Source: a virus
Lineage: Duplodnaviria > Caudoviricetes
Virus record (IMG/VR): IMGVR_UViG_3300027563_000029
Span: 1 to 30,133 of that record
Direction: 5' to 3' (one strand)
Length of the DNA: 30,133 nt
The translations under genes and the position numbers were made by a program. The notes under the pieces are model-generated. The model had not been told where the DNA came from. It did not search any database and saw only the letters and a list, made by a program, of their open reading frames with translations. This document shows, one piece after another, positions 19,647 to 27,200 of this stretch; the stretch's first letter is position 1; every line of letters starts with the position of its first letter.

Positions 19647-19997
19647 ATGTTTAACAAAAGAAAAGAAAACGCTATGGGACAACTAATTCGTGTATGTATT
19701 TTGGGTTGGTCTGCTGCTCTCCTTACAGCAAGCTATGCGGGAACTCTTTCTAAGATGGATCCCACATTTATTGCTACAGTATTCACTGCTTCTGCTGCCA
19801 CTTTTGGAATTAATACAATGAAGAAAAGTGGTGATGATGAGGATGAGAAGAAAGAAGAACCTAAAAGACAAGAGTACGTAGAAGCTCCTCCTGAACCACC
19901 TGTTTCTTATGTTGATGAAACTCTTGTAGAAAGAGTTGAAGCATTGGAAACTAAGGTTGAAGAGGAAGGATACGTTACTCCCCGCACAGCAACATGA
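19647..19997 (+). CDS. Two-TM membrane protein, holin candidate
   Basis: Two hydrophobic segments plus a charged tail, directly after the lysozyme; second in-frame Met at 19674. Confidence 0.6.
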   Translation: MFNKRKENAMGQLIRVCILGWSAALLTASYAGTLSKMDPTFIATVFTASAATFGINTMKKSGDDEDEKKEEPKRQEYVEAPPEPPVSYVDETLVERVEALETKVEEEGYVTPRTAT

Positions 19998-20010
19998 TCC
20001 TTGTACCTAT

Positions 20011-20208
20011 ATGCCGAGAGAATGGAACACTCCCGACAGGGAAAGGTGGACTGCCCCCATCCACCAACTACTTAAAGCAATAGATAATCACACCTGTTTT
20101 TATATTGAGACGGGTGATTTTTGGCATGAAGAGCAGGCACAGATACTTAGAACATACGTTAAAAATTTGAAGATTTTCATACATAAAGAAGAGGGATGGA
20201 ATGACTGA
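20011..20208 (+). CDS. Conserved cyanophage hypothetical protein
   Basis: MPREWNTPDRERWTAPIHQLLKAIDNH... Confidence 0.7.
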   Translation: MPREWNTPDRERWTAPIHQLLKAIDNHTCFYIETGDFWHEEQAQILRTYVKNLKIFIHKEEGWND

Positions 20209-20302
20209 TCCAGTTTGGTCTGTGAATATTATGGTTGCTATCCTATTGGCACTTACAATAGGATACATTTTATACATATTTAAATTAGCAAAAGAAGAAT
20301 GA
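20201..20302 (+). CDS. 33-aa single-TM peptide (missed by the ORF track)
   Basis: MTDPVWSVNIMVAILLALTIGYILYIFKLAKEE*; GAGG RBS; ATGA coupling to the next gene. Confidence 0.7.
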   Translation: MTDPVWSVNIMVAILLALTIGYILYIFKLAKEE

Positions 20303-20490
20303 AATACGTAGCAGCACGAGAAGGATTTGGGGAGTATATTTACTTTCAAGATAATGAAAATGATTCGCCAAAATGGACTGGCGATATATCAATGGCAATG
20401 AGATTTGATACTGAAGAAGATGCTGTAACAAAATCAGATAGAACTGGCGTATACTCAGACGCTATCACATCAATTAAGGTAGAAAAATAA
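20299..20490 (+). CDS. Hypothetical protein
   Basis: 63-aa ORF filling the gap in the operon. Confidence 0.65.
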   Translation: MKYVAAREGFGEYIYFQDNENDSPKWTGDISMAMRFDTEEDAVTKSDRTGVYSDAITSIKVEK

Positions 20491-20518
20491 TAAATATAGC
20501 AGATAGTGAAATAAAAAA

Positions 20519-21127
20519 ATGAATCACCTCATCAACACTAAATTACCCAAAGAAGTTATTTTAAAAGCAGTCAAGAACTGTGTTGATGTATATGCTGATC
20601 CAAAAGATTTCACCATTGATAAAAGCATAAATGGATATTGTATTCTTGCAGTAGAAGGAACAAAAGAAATGTCAGATTGGATTACAAATGTAAAATTTTT
20701 ATTCCGAAGTGAAGATACTCATAGAGGTTTCAAATCTAACGCAATGAAAACTATCACTGAGTTGGTGTGTAATTATGAGTCTTTATGTAAAGAAAGAAAA
20801 TTAGTACTTGCTGGTCATTCTCTTGGTGGAGCAACAGCAACAGTTATTGCAGATTTGATGTTGGAGAATACAGTAGACTTATCAATCGTTACCATTGGAT
20901 CACCTCGTCCAGGTGGTCGTGCTCTTCGCAAAAGATTGAAAGTTGCAGATCATCTTCGTTTTGTTCATGGATCTGATATTGTACCCAAGTCGCCACCTTG
21001 GTTAACTGGATATGTTCACACTCACCCATCCATTCATTTGGAAGATGTCAATCCAGAATTTTTTGATAGAGTTGCCGATCACGATGCCGCATCGTATTAC
21101 ACCGCAATAGAGAAGTTACTATCATGA
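20519..21127 (+). CDS. Class 3 lipase (alpha/beta hydrolase)
   Basis: EGT...DWITN, HRGF, GHSLGG nucleophile elbow, GSPRPG, DIVP, DH; TAAATA late promoter at 20491. Confidence 0.9.
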   Translation: MNHLINTKLPKEVILKAVKNCVDVYADPKDFTIDKSINGYCILAVEGTKEMSDWITNVKFLFRSEDTHRGFKSNAMKTITELVCNYESLCKERKLVLAGHSLGGATATVIADLMLENTVDLSIVTIGSPRPGGRALRKRLKVADHLRFVHGSDIVPKSPPWLTGYVHTHPSIHLEDVNPEFFDRVADHDAASYYTAIEKLLS

Positions 21128-21336
21128 AAAACCTTGCATTAGGTCTATCAATTTTAAGTTTGAGTATTAGTGGAGCACTATGCTATGGTGCATACACAAC
21201 TTACCAAAAAGCACAGAAAATTTTAGATAACCCAGAAGAATTTGTGGGTGCTGTGGTAGAGAAACAAGTGGCAAAAGCCTTGGAGAAACTACCCATTCCT
21301 AAACTAAATATTAAGGAATTTAAGATGCCTTTCTAA
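21124..21336 (+). CDS. Small N-terminally membrane-anchored protein
   Basis: Hydrophobic N-terminus followed by an amphipathic helix. Confidence 0.7.
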   Translation: MKNLALGLSILSLSISGALCYGAYTTYQKAQKILDNPEEFVGAVVEKQVAKALEKLPIPKLNIKEFKMPF

Positions 21337-21743
21337 TGGATAAAGATCCTTATATTTACAGAGTAAAGAAAGTAATCAAAGTAGTTGATGGAGACACAAT
21401 AGATGCGGACATTGATCTTGGTTTCGATATTTCTCTTACTAAGCGAGTACGCCTTAGTGGTGTTGATACTCCAGAGAGCAGGACTACAGATCTCAAAGAA
21501 AAAAAACTTGGACTTGAATCAAAAGAATGGCTCAAACATAAATTAGAGTTTGCTAAAGATGTTCTAATCAAAACCGAACTTCCAGATAGTACCGAAAAAT
21601 ATGGTAGAATTCTCGGTAATTTATATGTCAATAATGAAGCATTATCTCTCAACCAACAAATGATTGACGAAGGGTATGCTCTTGCGTATGATGGTGGCAC
21701 AAAAGATAAAAATTTTGATGTCTTATTGGAAAGAAGAAAGTAG
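21336..21743 (+). CDS. Staphylococcal-nuclease (SNase/thermonuclease)-like protein
   Basis: KVVDGDTID, RVRLSGVDTPE, KYGRIL, GYA. Confidence 0.92.
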   Translation: MDKDPYIYRVKKVIKVVDGDTIDADIDLGFDISLTKRVRLSGVDTPESRTTDLKEKKLGLESKEWLKHKLEFAKDVLIKTELPDSTEKYGRILGNLYVNNEALSLNQQMIDEGYALAYDGGTKDKNFDVLLERRK

Positions 21744-22466
21744 TTACTTATTATGTGCTTTTTTATATTGGTCTTGTTTTGATTTCTTCTGTTCTTTTTT
21801 GAGTAGTTTTAAATTCTTCTTATCTAATTCAGCAGCAAAATATAATTGTAATTCATATGGGGTAAGGTCTCTATTCAAGAGCTTCTTGCCCCTTATAAGT
21901 ATCTGTTGAACGATAGGTTTCATCTTTGCTACCATCCATTCAACCAAAGATTTGCCAAGCAGAGCCGCAGCAACAGAAGCAGTAGCAGTGGTGCCAGCAA
22001 GAATAACCTGTTCTTTAGGAGGTATTGGAACTTGCCCGATGAATGGTACTTCAATTACGGGAACTCCAAGATTAGTGTTTACTGGTAGTATCGCATCTTC
22101 ACTTGATTTATTTTCTTGAGGTAATACTTGTTGAATTTGAGGAGGTAGTATAGGTGGTGGACTATCAGGAAGACCTCTAGATTTCTCTTGCTTCTCATCC
22201 TCCTGTGCCTTCTTCTCTGCTCTCACTGCCTCATCAAACTCTTCCTGTGTAGGAACACGGATGACTGGATATGGAACGGCAGTGTTTGGTGCTTGAATAA
22301 TAGGTATTGCCAGACCACGAATGATTGGTTGTTGTGTTTCAACGACAACTGGTGGTGCTAAACTTGGTACAATACTGTTCTGAGCAACACCAACATTAGG
22401 AATTGAATTGGTATTGGTTTGTATGTTTCCTATTCCACTTGCATTGAATGTCGGTATATCACTCAT
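21744..22466 (-). CDS. Pro-rich protein with a C-proximal hydrophobic helix and basic tail
   Basis: P/V/I-rich N-terminal region; VILAGTTATASVAAALLG; last gene of the minus-strand operon. Confidence 0.8.
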   Translation of the reverse strand: MSDIPTFNASGIGNIQTNTNSIPNVGVAQNSIVPSLAPPVVVETQQPIIRGLAIPIIQAPNTAVPYPVIRVPTQEEFDEAVRAEKKAQEDEKQEKSRGLPDSPPPILPPQIQQVLPQENKSSEDAILPVNTNLGVPVIEVPFIGQVPIPPKEQVILAGTTATASVAAALLGKSLVEWMVAKMKPIVQQILIRGKKLLNRDLTPYELQLYFAAELDKKNLKLLKKEQKKSKQDQYKKAHNK

Positions 22467-23035
22467 CGCCTTGCAGCTTCTTTTACAGATGGATAACGAA
22501 CAACTATATCAGCACAGATTTTGTAGTATGGACTATCTGGATGAAAGGTAATACCATTCTTGATTGCTTCTCCACACTTCAACAATCTAACTAATTCAAA
22601 ATCTAAACGACTTTTATCTACTTCACTTTGTTGCCTTGATATTTCTACTCGTGCTCTTGACTTACAAAGTTCCATCAGCATACCATCTAAAGGTATATTG
22701 AAACCAGCAGAGATGCCCCAGTTGTAGTTTTTTGATTCAAATGTCTCTGGGTCAGCACTACTATTGCCACTATTCAAAGCAAATGGAGATAGTGAGAATG
22801 TTGCTCCCTGACAACTCACACCACCTCCATAGGTATTCATTGCGTATGGACCTTGTAAGACCTGTACTGCCTGGTTGGTGACGTTTCCAGTTGCCGAAGC
22901 ACTCGGTCCAGCAATATTGGTATTGGAGGGCGCAGGGGCGGTCTGAGCGACTGCTGCTGACCCCATCAACATTACTGTGTAAACACAGACATTGATGTAG
23001 TGGTTGAATTTGTTTCTGTAGTTCTGTCTATCCAT
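22463..23035 (-). CDS. Exported protein with an amphipathic beta-hairpin and coiled coil (outer-membrane candidate)
   Basis: Signal-like ...VMLMGSAAVA|Q; NWGISAGFNIPLDG; four Cys in the mature part; alternative start at 22972. Confidence 0.8.
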   Translation of the reverse strand: MDRQNYRNKFNHYINVCVYTVMLMGSAAVAQTAPAPSNTNIAGPSASATGNVTNQAVQVLQGPYAMNTYGGGVSCQGATFSLSPFALNSGNSSADPETFESKNYNWGISAGFNIPLDGMLMELCKSRARVEISRQQSEVDKSRLDFELVRLLKCGEAIKNGITFHPDSPYYKICADIVVRYPSVKEAARR

Positions 23036-23337
23036 GTTTCTTTCGCAATTCCAGTTCCGAGATATGTCTCACTAAATTGGAACGGAGCACCTTGATTCAT
23101 AATAGTATAACTTGCTCCTTGTCTTGGAGTTCCAGGAATATTAATATTAGTTCCAGATACAGTATAAGATGTGCCAGTTGAGTATTCCACCTGGCGTATG
23201 GTTTCTACAATCCGTGTAGTTGATTGTGTTGTGGCGTTGATAGTTCCTCTAGTAAAATTAGGAACTACACTTTCAGCATAAGCAGGAGTACAAATGACTC
23301 CCGCTGCTAAAAGCAGAACGGGAGTTAAGTGTTTCAT
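22972..23337 (-). CDS. Exported beta-rich protein
   Basis: Sec signal MKHL...PAYA|E; SYTVSGTNI and GAPFQFSET motifs. Confidence 0.85.
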   Translation of the reverse strand: MKHLTPVLLLAAGVICTPAYAESVVPNFTRGTINATTQSTTRIVETIRQVEYSTGTSYTVSGTNINIPGTPRQGASYTIMNQGAPFQFSETYLGTGIAKETWIDRTTETNSTTTSMSVFTQ

Positions 23338-23795
23338 TTGAATACGCTCAGTTCAATAGTGCGTTGTGCTGTTCCTGTTGAACCAGGACCACCAGCAGTA
23401 ATAGTAGGAACACCAGTAGGTGATAGTGTACCAGCAAGAGAACCTTTATCTCCTGCTAACTGAGTAACACTATCTCCATAAAGATTAGGAGAAGCAACAG
23501 CTCCAGCAGACCAAGATTGGTTGGTAACTAAAGCATCGGAAGCAGTAAAGCTTTCAGAGAAAGTAAATGCTTGACCCGATGTGTTGATATCATAAGATCC
23601 AGCACCAGAAGTGCCACCAAAAGATGTAGACTGAATATTTGTTCCCGACACACCATAAGATGCCCCGATTCTTGTTGACTGTACCGCAGCACCCTGTACA
23701 CTAAGTTGAACAGAATCAGTAATCTTTGATGTAATTTCAGCAGCACCTACAGGAATAGCAAAGAATAACGAAGAGATTAAAAGTAATCTTTTCAT
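23334..23795 (-). CDS. Exported Ser/Thr/Gly-rich beta protein, paralog of the next gene
   Basis: Sec signal MKRLLL...VGA|A; SYGVSGTNI and GQAFTFSES motifs. Confidence 0.85.
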   Translation of the reverse strand: MKRLLLISSLFFAIPVGAAEITSKITDSVQLSVQGAAVQSTRIGASYGVSGTNIQSTSFGGTSGAGSYDINTSGQAFTFSESFTASDALVTNQSWSAGAVASPNLYGDSVTQLAGDKGSLAGTLSPTGVPTITAGGPGSTGTAQRTIELSVFK

Positions 23796-23818
23796 TTTCT
23801 TGTATGAATAACTATATG

Positions 23819-23826
23819 TATTTATA
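23819..23826 (-). promoter_or_regulatory. T4-type late promoter for the minus-strand operon
   Basis: TATTTATA on +, i.e. TATAAATA on -, about 24 nt upstream of the ATG. Confidence 0.8.
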
Positions 23827-23840
23827 ATTTTGAGGAGGTA

Positions 23841-23869
23841 TTGACACGAACATAAATACGTGTTATATT
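23841..23869 (+). promoter_or_regulatory. sigma70 early promoter with a nested late-like ATAAATA
   Basis: TTGACA-17 nt-TATATT; the spacer contains CATAAATA. Confidence 0.7.
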
Positions 23870-23875
23870 ATGCTT

Positions 23876-23970
23876 GTTGTCATGAGAAAGTGAGTGACAC
23901 CCCAGAGCCGTGGAAGGTGCCTGCCGAGAGGTTAGGTATACCCCCCTTTTATACGGATGCCGAATTCTAT
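23876..23970 (+). ncRNA. Candidate structured 5' leader RNA
   Basis: TGTCA/TGACA hairpin; long CCGTGGAAGG...CCTTTTATACGG stem enclosing TGCCT-GCC-GAGA-GGT-T-AGGTA (GNRA loop). Confidence 0.5.
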
Positions 23971-23978
23971 TAAAATTA

Positions 23979-24623
23979 ATGCAACAATTTTTTACAGTAG
24001 CCTTGCCCCTTTTGGCAGCGGTTACAACATCAACGACCACACTGCCTCCAATGTTTCCTCCTCCCCCTGTGAGTGGACCACCACCATTCTCTATTATTAA
24101 AGAGGAGCCTACATCAAAGACAGCAATCCGAGAGGTTGCTTCCGTTAAGACAAAAGAGACAAAGCTAATTTGTAAAGGATGTAATACTAATGAGATCTTA
24201 ACTCTGGAATTTCTCCAGAACCGAGGTATCACTGATAAAAATGCCCTAGCAACCATCATGGGCAATATCCGACAAGAATCCACCTTCACTCCTAATGTAT
24301 GTGAAGGTGGTGCTAGAGTATCCTACAATGGTTGTAGGAGTGGTGGTTACGGTCTTCTCCAATGGACCGATACTTCCCGTTATAATGGATTAGGACAACA
24401 CGCTAGCCGTACTAGTGCCAATCCTTCTACACTGACTACACAACTTGATTATATGTTATATGAAGGTGATTGGAAAATTATTGAACCAAGAATGAAAACT
24501 CCTGGTAAATCTATTGACCAGTATATGCACTACGCAAGTAAGTGGATACGCTGGGGACATCATGGAGCAAGAACAGATTATGCTTACAACTATGCAAGTA
24601 AAATGGTTCGGGTTGAAGTCTGA
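23979..24623 (+). CDS. Exported lysozyme-like protein (phage tail lysozyme/Phage_lysozyme2-like domain)
   Basis: Hydrophobic N-terminus, Pro linker, ATIMGNIRQES, GYGLLQWT, QLDYM. Confidence 0.8.
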   Translation: MQQFFTVALPLLAAVTTSTTTLPPMFPPPPVSGPPPFSIIKEEPTSKTAIREVASVKTKETKLICKGCNTNEILTLEFLQNRGITDKNALATIMGNIRQESTFTPNVCEGGARVSYNGCRSGGYGLLQWTDTSRYNGLGQHASRTSANPSTLTTQLDYMLYEGDWKIIEPRMKTPGKSIDQYMHYASKWIRWGHHGARTDYAYNYASKMVRVEV

Positions 24624-24640
24624 TACAACAGAATAAATAT

Positions 24641-24660
24641 AGGGGAGATCATCTCCCCTT
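24641..24660 (+). terminator. GC-rich hairpin overlapping the -35 box
   Basis: AGGGGAGAT-C-ATCTCCCCT; no long T-run. Confidence 0.5.
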
Positions 24661-24687
24661 GACACCAACCCAACCATCTGCTATAAT
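24659..24687 (+). promoter_or_regulatory. Perfect sigma70 promoter for the tRNA cluster
   Basis: TTGACA-17 nt-TATAAT, 8 nt before tRNA-Arg. Confidence 0.85.
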
Positions 24688-24695
24688 ACTTGCAT

Positions 24696-24769
24696 GTCTT
24701 GATAGCTCAGATGGATAGAGCATCTCACTTCTAATGAGTAGGTCGGGGGTTCAAGTCCCTCTCAAGACG
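24696..24769 (+). tRNA. tRNA-Arg(UCU)
   Basis: GTCTTGA/TCAAGAC acceptor; CT-TCT-AA loop; GGTTCAAGTCC. Confidence 0.93.
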
Positions 24770-24772
24770 TTT

Positions 24773-24844
24773 GGGAGATTGGCGCAGCGGTAGCGCAGCT
24801 GCTTTACACGCAGACGGTCACTAGTTCAAATCTTGTATCTCCCA
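24773..24844 (+). tRNA. tRNA-Val(UAC)
   Basis: GGGAGAT/ATCTCCC acceptor; TT-TAC-AC loop. Confidence 0.9.
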
Positions 24845-24859
24845 TATAAAATAAAGATC

Positions 24860-25117
24860 ATGGCAAAAATAAGATGTAGTGGATGTAATACAGAAATAGA
24901 AGTAACCCAACCAAACAAAAGTAAATCCTGTGGTTGTGACAACCACACTTTATTAAGAATGGATAGGAATAGTATGCCTGTTATTAGTGCCTTAGATTTG
25001 AGATTGGTAGTAGAGATTAATGGCATCTCAAAACACAAAGTTAAAAAGGTTGACATGCACCCAGTAACAGAGTATAATAAGAGAGTTCCAAGAAAAATGG
25101 ATTTTGAAGTTCGTTAG
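24860..25117 (+). CDS. Small Zn-binding (CxxC...CGC) hypothetical protein
   Basis: MAKIRCSGCNTE...SCGCDN; start moved downstream of tRNA-Val. Confidence 0.75.
   Translation: MAKIRCSGCNTEIEVTQPNKSKSCGCDNHTLLRMDRNSMPVISALDLRLVVEINGISKHKVKKVDMHPVTEYNKRVPRKMDFEVR
25050..25078 (+). promoter_or_regulatory. Perfect sigma70 promoter inside the CDS, upstream of tRNA-Ser
   Basis: TTGACA-17 nt-TATAAT. Confidence 0.8.
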
Positions 25118-25205
25118 GAAGATTGACCGAGAGGTTTAAGGTAGCAGTTTGCTAAACTGCCGAATGGAATTAACCATTCCGATGGTTCGAATCCATCATC
25201 TTCCG
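25117..25205 (+). tRNA. tRNA-Ser(GCU)
   Basis: GGAAGAT/ATCTTCC acceptor, G73, TT-GCT-AA loop, long V-arm. Confidence 0.93.
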
Positions 25206-25246
25206 TTTTTCCATACATGGAAAATTTTATTTTTTGTATTTAAACT

Positions 25247-26287
25247 ATGGATTTATTAATAGGTATCTGGGAGAAACTTTTGTTCCTCCCATATATCATC
25301 GGCATTATGATTGTCGGTGGTCTTGTAAAACAATACGGTGTGCTTAACGAAGTATTTGTGGCACTTCGTAAAACATTTAAATCAAATCGTTTAGTTGTTG
25401 CTGCCACTGCTCTTGCTGGTGGTATTCTACCCATTGAAGGAAGAGTGATTATGTCGGCTCCTCTTCTTGATTCCATTGCTTCTGATAAAGCACAATCGCG
25501 TTCTAAGTTTGGTATTGTAGATTATCTTTCTACTCACCACTATTACTGGTGGTCACCACTTGAGAAAACAGTTGTGCTTCCGATGGCAGCATTGGGTATG
25601 TCTTATACCACATTCATGTCACATGCTATTGTTCCTCTTGCTATTGTTTTAACATTTGCTGGAGTATACATCTTTAAGTATGTGAAAGAAACTGATGTAG
25701 AAATCGTTGAAGAAACACGTTCCTTTAGTTGGCAGCGTCTTGCTAAAGGTTGGGGACCGATTGTAGCTACAATGTGGTTTCTAGTGTGCTATGGTGACCC
25801 CGACTATCCTTACCTATTCTCTCTTTGGTTTGGTGGTCTTGCTGCTTACTATTCATTCATCTGTAATGATTGGAAGTGGGGTCGGTATATCAACTGGAAG
25901 TTTGCTGGTCTTGCTGCTTTAGTTCTTGCTCTGGCAGCAGTGTTTGGTGAACTCAAAGCACCTGTCATGGAGTATCTTAAGATTACTTCAGAACAAGGTT
26001 CTGTTGCTCTTGTGTCAGTTTCTGTTGTTGGGTTCTTAGCATCATTTGCTATGGGTTCATCTGGTAAGTATGCTGGTATCGCAACGTTGCTTGCTCAAGC
26101 ATTTGGTGCTGGATACTTGACGTGGTTTCTATGTATTGAGTATGCTGGATACATCATCTCACCAATGCATAAGTGCCTACTGATTGGTCAGCAATACTTT
26201 GGCACTCCTATCAAAACTTATTATAAGGTTCTTGGTATGTTGATTGCCACACTGGTTGGATATGGAGCACTGACGCTGGTTTTTTAG
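25247..26287 (+). CDS. Polytopic membrane protein, DUF401-like / IT-superfamily transporter
   Basis: Many TM segments; GGILPIEG...SAP and C-terminal SPMHKCL...QYF motif. Confidence 0.7.
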   Translation: MDLLIGIWEKLLFLPYIIGIMIVGGLVKQYGVLNEVFVALRKTFKSNRLVVAATALAGGILPIEGRVIMSAPLLDSIASDKAQSRSKFGIVDYLSTHHYYWWSPLEKTVVLPMAALGMSYTTFMSHAIVPLAIVLTFAGVYIFKYVKETDVEIVEETRSFSWQRLAKGWGPIVATMWFLVCYGDPDYPYLFSLWFGGLAAYYSFICNDWKWGRYINWKFAGLAALVLALAAVFGELKAPVMEYLKITSEQGSVALVSVSVVGFLASFAMGSSGKYAGIATLLAQAFGAGYLTWFLCIEYAGYIISPMHKCLLIGQQYFGTPIKTYYKVLGMLIATLVGYGALTLVF

Positions 26288-26290
26288 GGG

Positions 26291-26319
26291 TTGACAAACC
26301 CTCCTCCCTCCTATATAAT
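26291..26319 (+). promoter_or_regulatory. Perfect sigma70 promoter
   Basis: TTGACA-17 nt-TATAAT; the -10 box is flanked by the inverted repeat CCCTCC/GGAGGG. Confidence 0.85.
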
Positions 26320-26335
26320 GGGAGGGTAAACAAAT

Positions 26336-26419
26336 GGAAGTGTGGCCGAGTGGTTTATGGCAACAGTCTTGAAAACTGTCCTGTTAGTAGCAGCGTAGGT
26401 TCGAATCCTACCACTTCCG
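26336..26419 (+). tRNA. tRNA-Ser(UGA)
   Basis: GGAAGTG/CACTTCC, G73, CT-TGA-AA loop, V-arm. Confidence 0.94.
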
Positions 26420-26517
26420 TTGGTAGTCGTTAGGCACATAGCCTAGAAAGACGCCAAGATCATCGGATGCCGTTTGGTAGTTTCCATAGTCTGGTGTGAT
26501 AAAAATTGAAACTATCA
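26420..26517 (+). ncRNA. Candidate two-hairpin RNA between tRNAs
   Basis: Two stems, each beginning TGGTAGT. Confidence 0.4.
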
Positions 26518-26520
26518 TTT

Positions 26521-26594
<74 letters not shown>

Positions 26595-26615
26595 TTCTTT
26601 TTTATAAAGATACTT

Positions 26616-26888
26616 ATGATTTCTCAACTTGTTATTTACACCAAAGACCAATGTGAGTATTGTCGTAAACTCAAGGTAATCCTTGATAGTTTCACGGTTA
26701 AATACACACACTACAACTTGGGGCTTGACTTTGACGAGGAAGCATTCTATAATGAGTTTGGTGAAGGCGCAACATTTCCAAGAGTTACCCTTGATGGTCA
26801 CTTGATGGGAGGATGCACTGAGACTATTGAATATCTAACCAGCATTGGTTGTCTACAAGAACAAAAAGATATGGAGTGTATGGTATGA
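26616..26888 (+). CDS. Glutaredoxin
   Basis: IYTK..CEYC, TFPRV, GGC. Confidence 0.92.
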   Translation: MISQLVIYTKDQCEYCRKLKVILDSFTVKYTHYNLGLDFDEEAFYNEFGEGATFPRVTLDGHLMGGCTETIEYLTSIGCLQEQKDMECMV

Positions 26889-27058
26889 AAACAATCACCG
26901 AAGAAACATTTTGCCACGATTTTGATGACATCATGGAGAAAGTTATTACAGACAAAGAAAGTTTTATCATCACAACAGCGAGTGGATCTAATATTATGCT
27001 GATGCCTTATGATTATTATGAGCGAATACAAGGGGAATTAACTCAGTTGGTAGAGTAG
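26885..27058 (+). CDS. Phd/YefM antitoxin-like small protein
   Basis: MKTITEETF..DFDDIMEKV...FIIT....NIMLMPYDYYE matches the Phd/YefM N-domain pattern; ATGA coupling. Confidence 0.65.
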   Translation: MKTITEETFCHDFDDIMEKVITDKESFIITTASGSNIMLMPYDYYERIQGELTQLVE

Positions 27059-27104
27059 CGCCTTTGCAAGGCGAATGTCAGCGGTTCAAGTCCGCTATTC
27101 TCCA
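27032..27104 (+). tRNA. tRNA-Ala(UGC)
   Basis: GGGGAAT/ATTCTCC with G3:U70; TT-TGC-AA loop. Confidence 0.94.
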
Positions 27105-27112
27105 TTTAATTT

Positions 27113-27200
27113 GCGAGTGAGACTTGGTAGTCAGAGGAGTTTTATAAACTCTTTCCGCCAGATTAGCGGCTTTGATCTGGTTCAAATCCAGACACTCGTA
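27113..27200 (+). tRNA. Non-canonical tRNA with UAU anticodon and long variable arm (nominal Ile)
   Basis: GCGAGTG/CACTCGT acceptor, A73; T arm TCTGG-TTCAAAT-CCAGA; GAGGAGT-TTTATAA-ACTCTTT anticodon arm; CCGC/GCGG V-arm. Confidence 0.8.

Noticed and set aside
23910-23978. GTG-start extension of the muramidase ORF
   Set aside because: Lies in the structured leader; the signal-like N-terminus starts at 23979
27141-27147. Reading the odd tRNA as an ochre (UUA) suppressor
   Set aside because: The 7-nt loop TTTATAA centres on TAT, and TAA is used as a normal stop throughout the window
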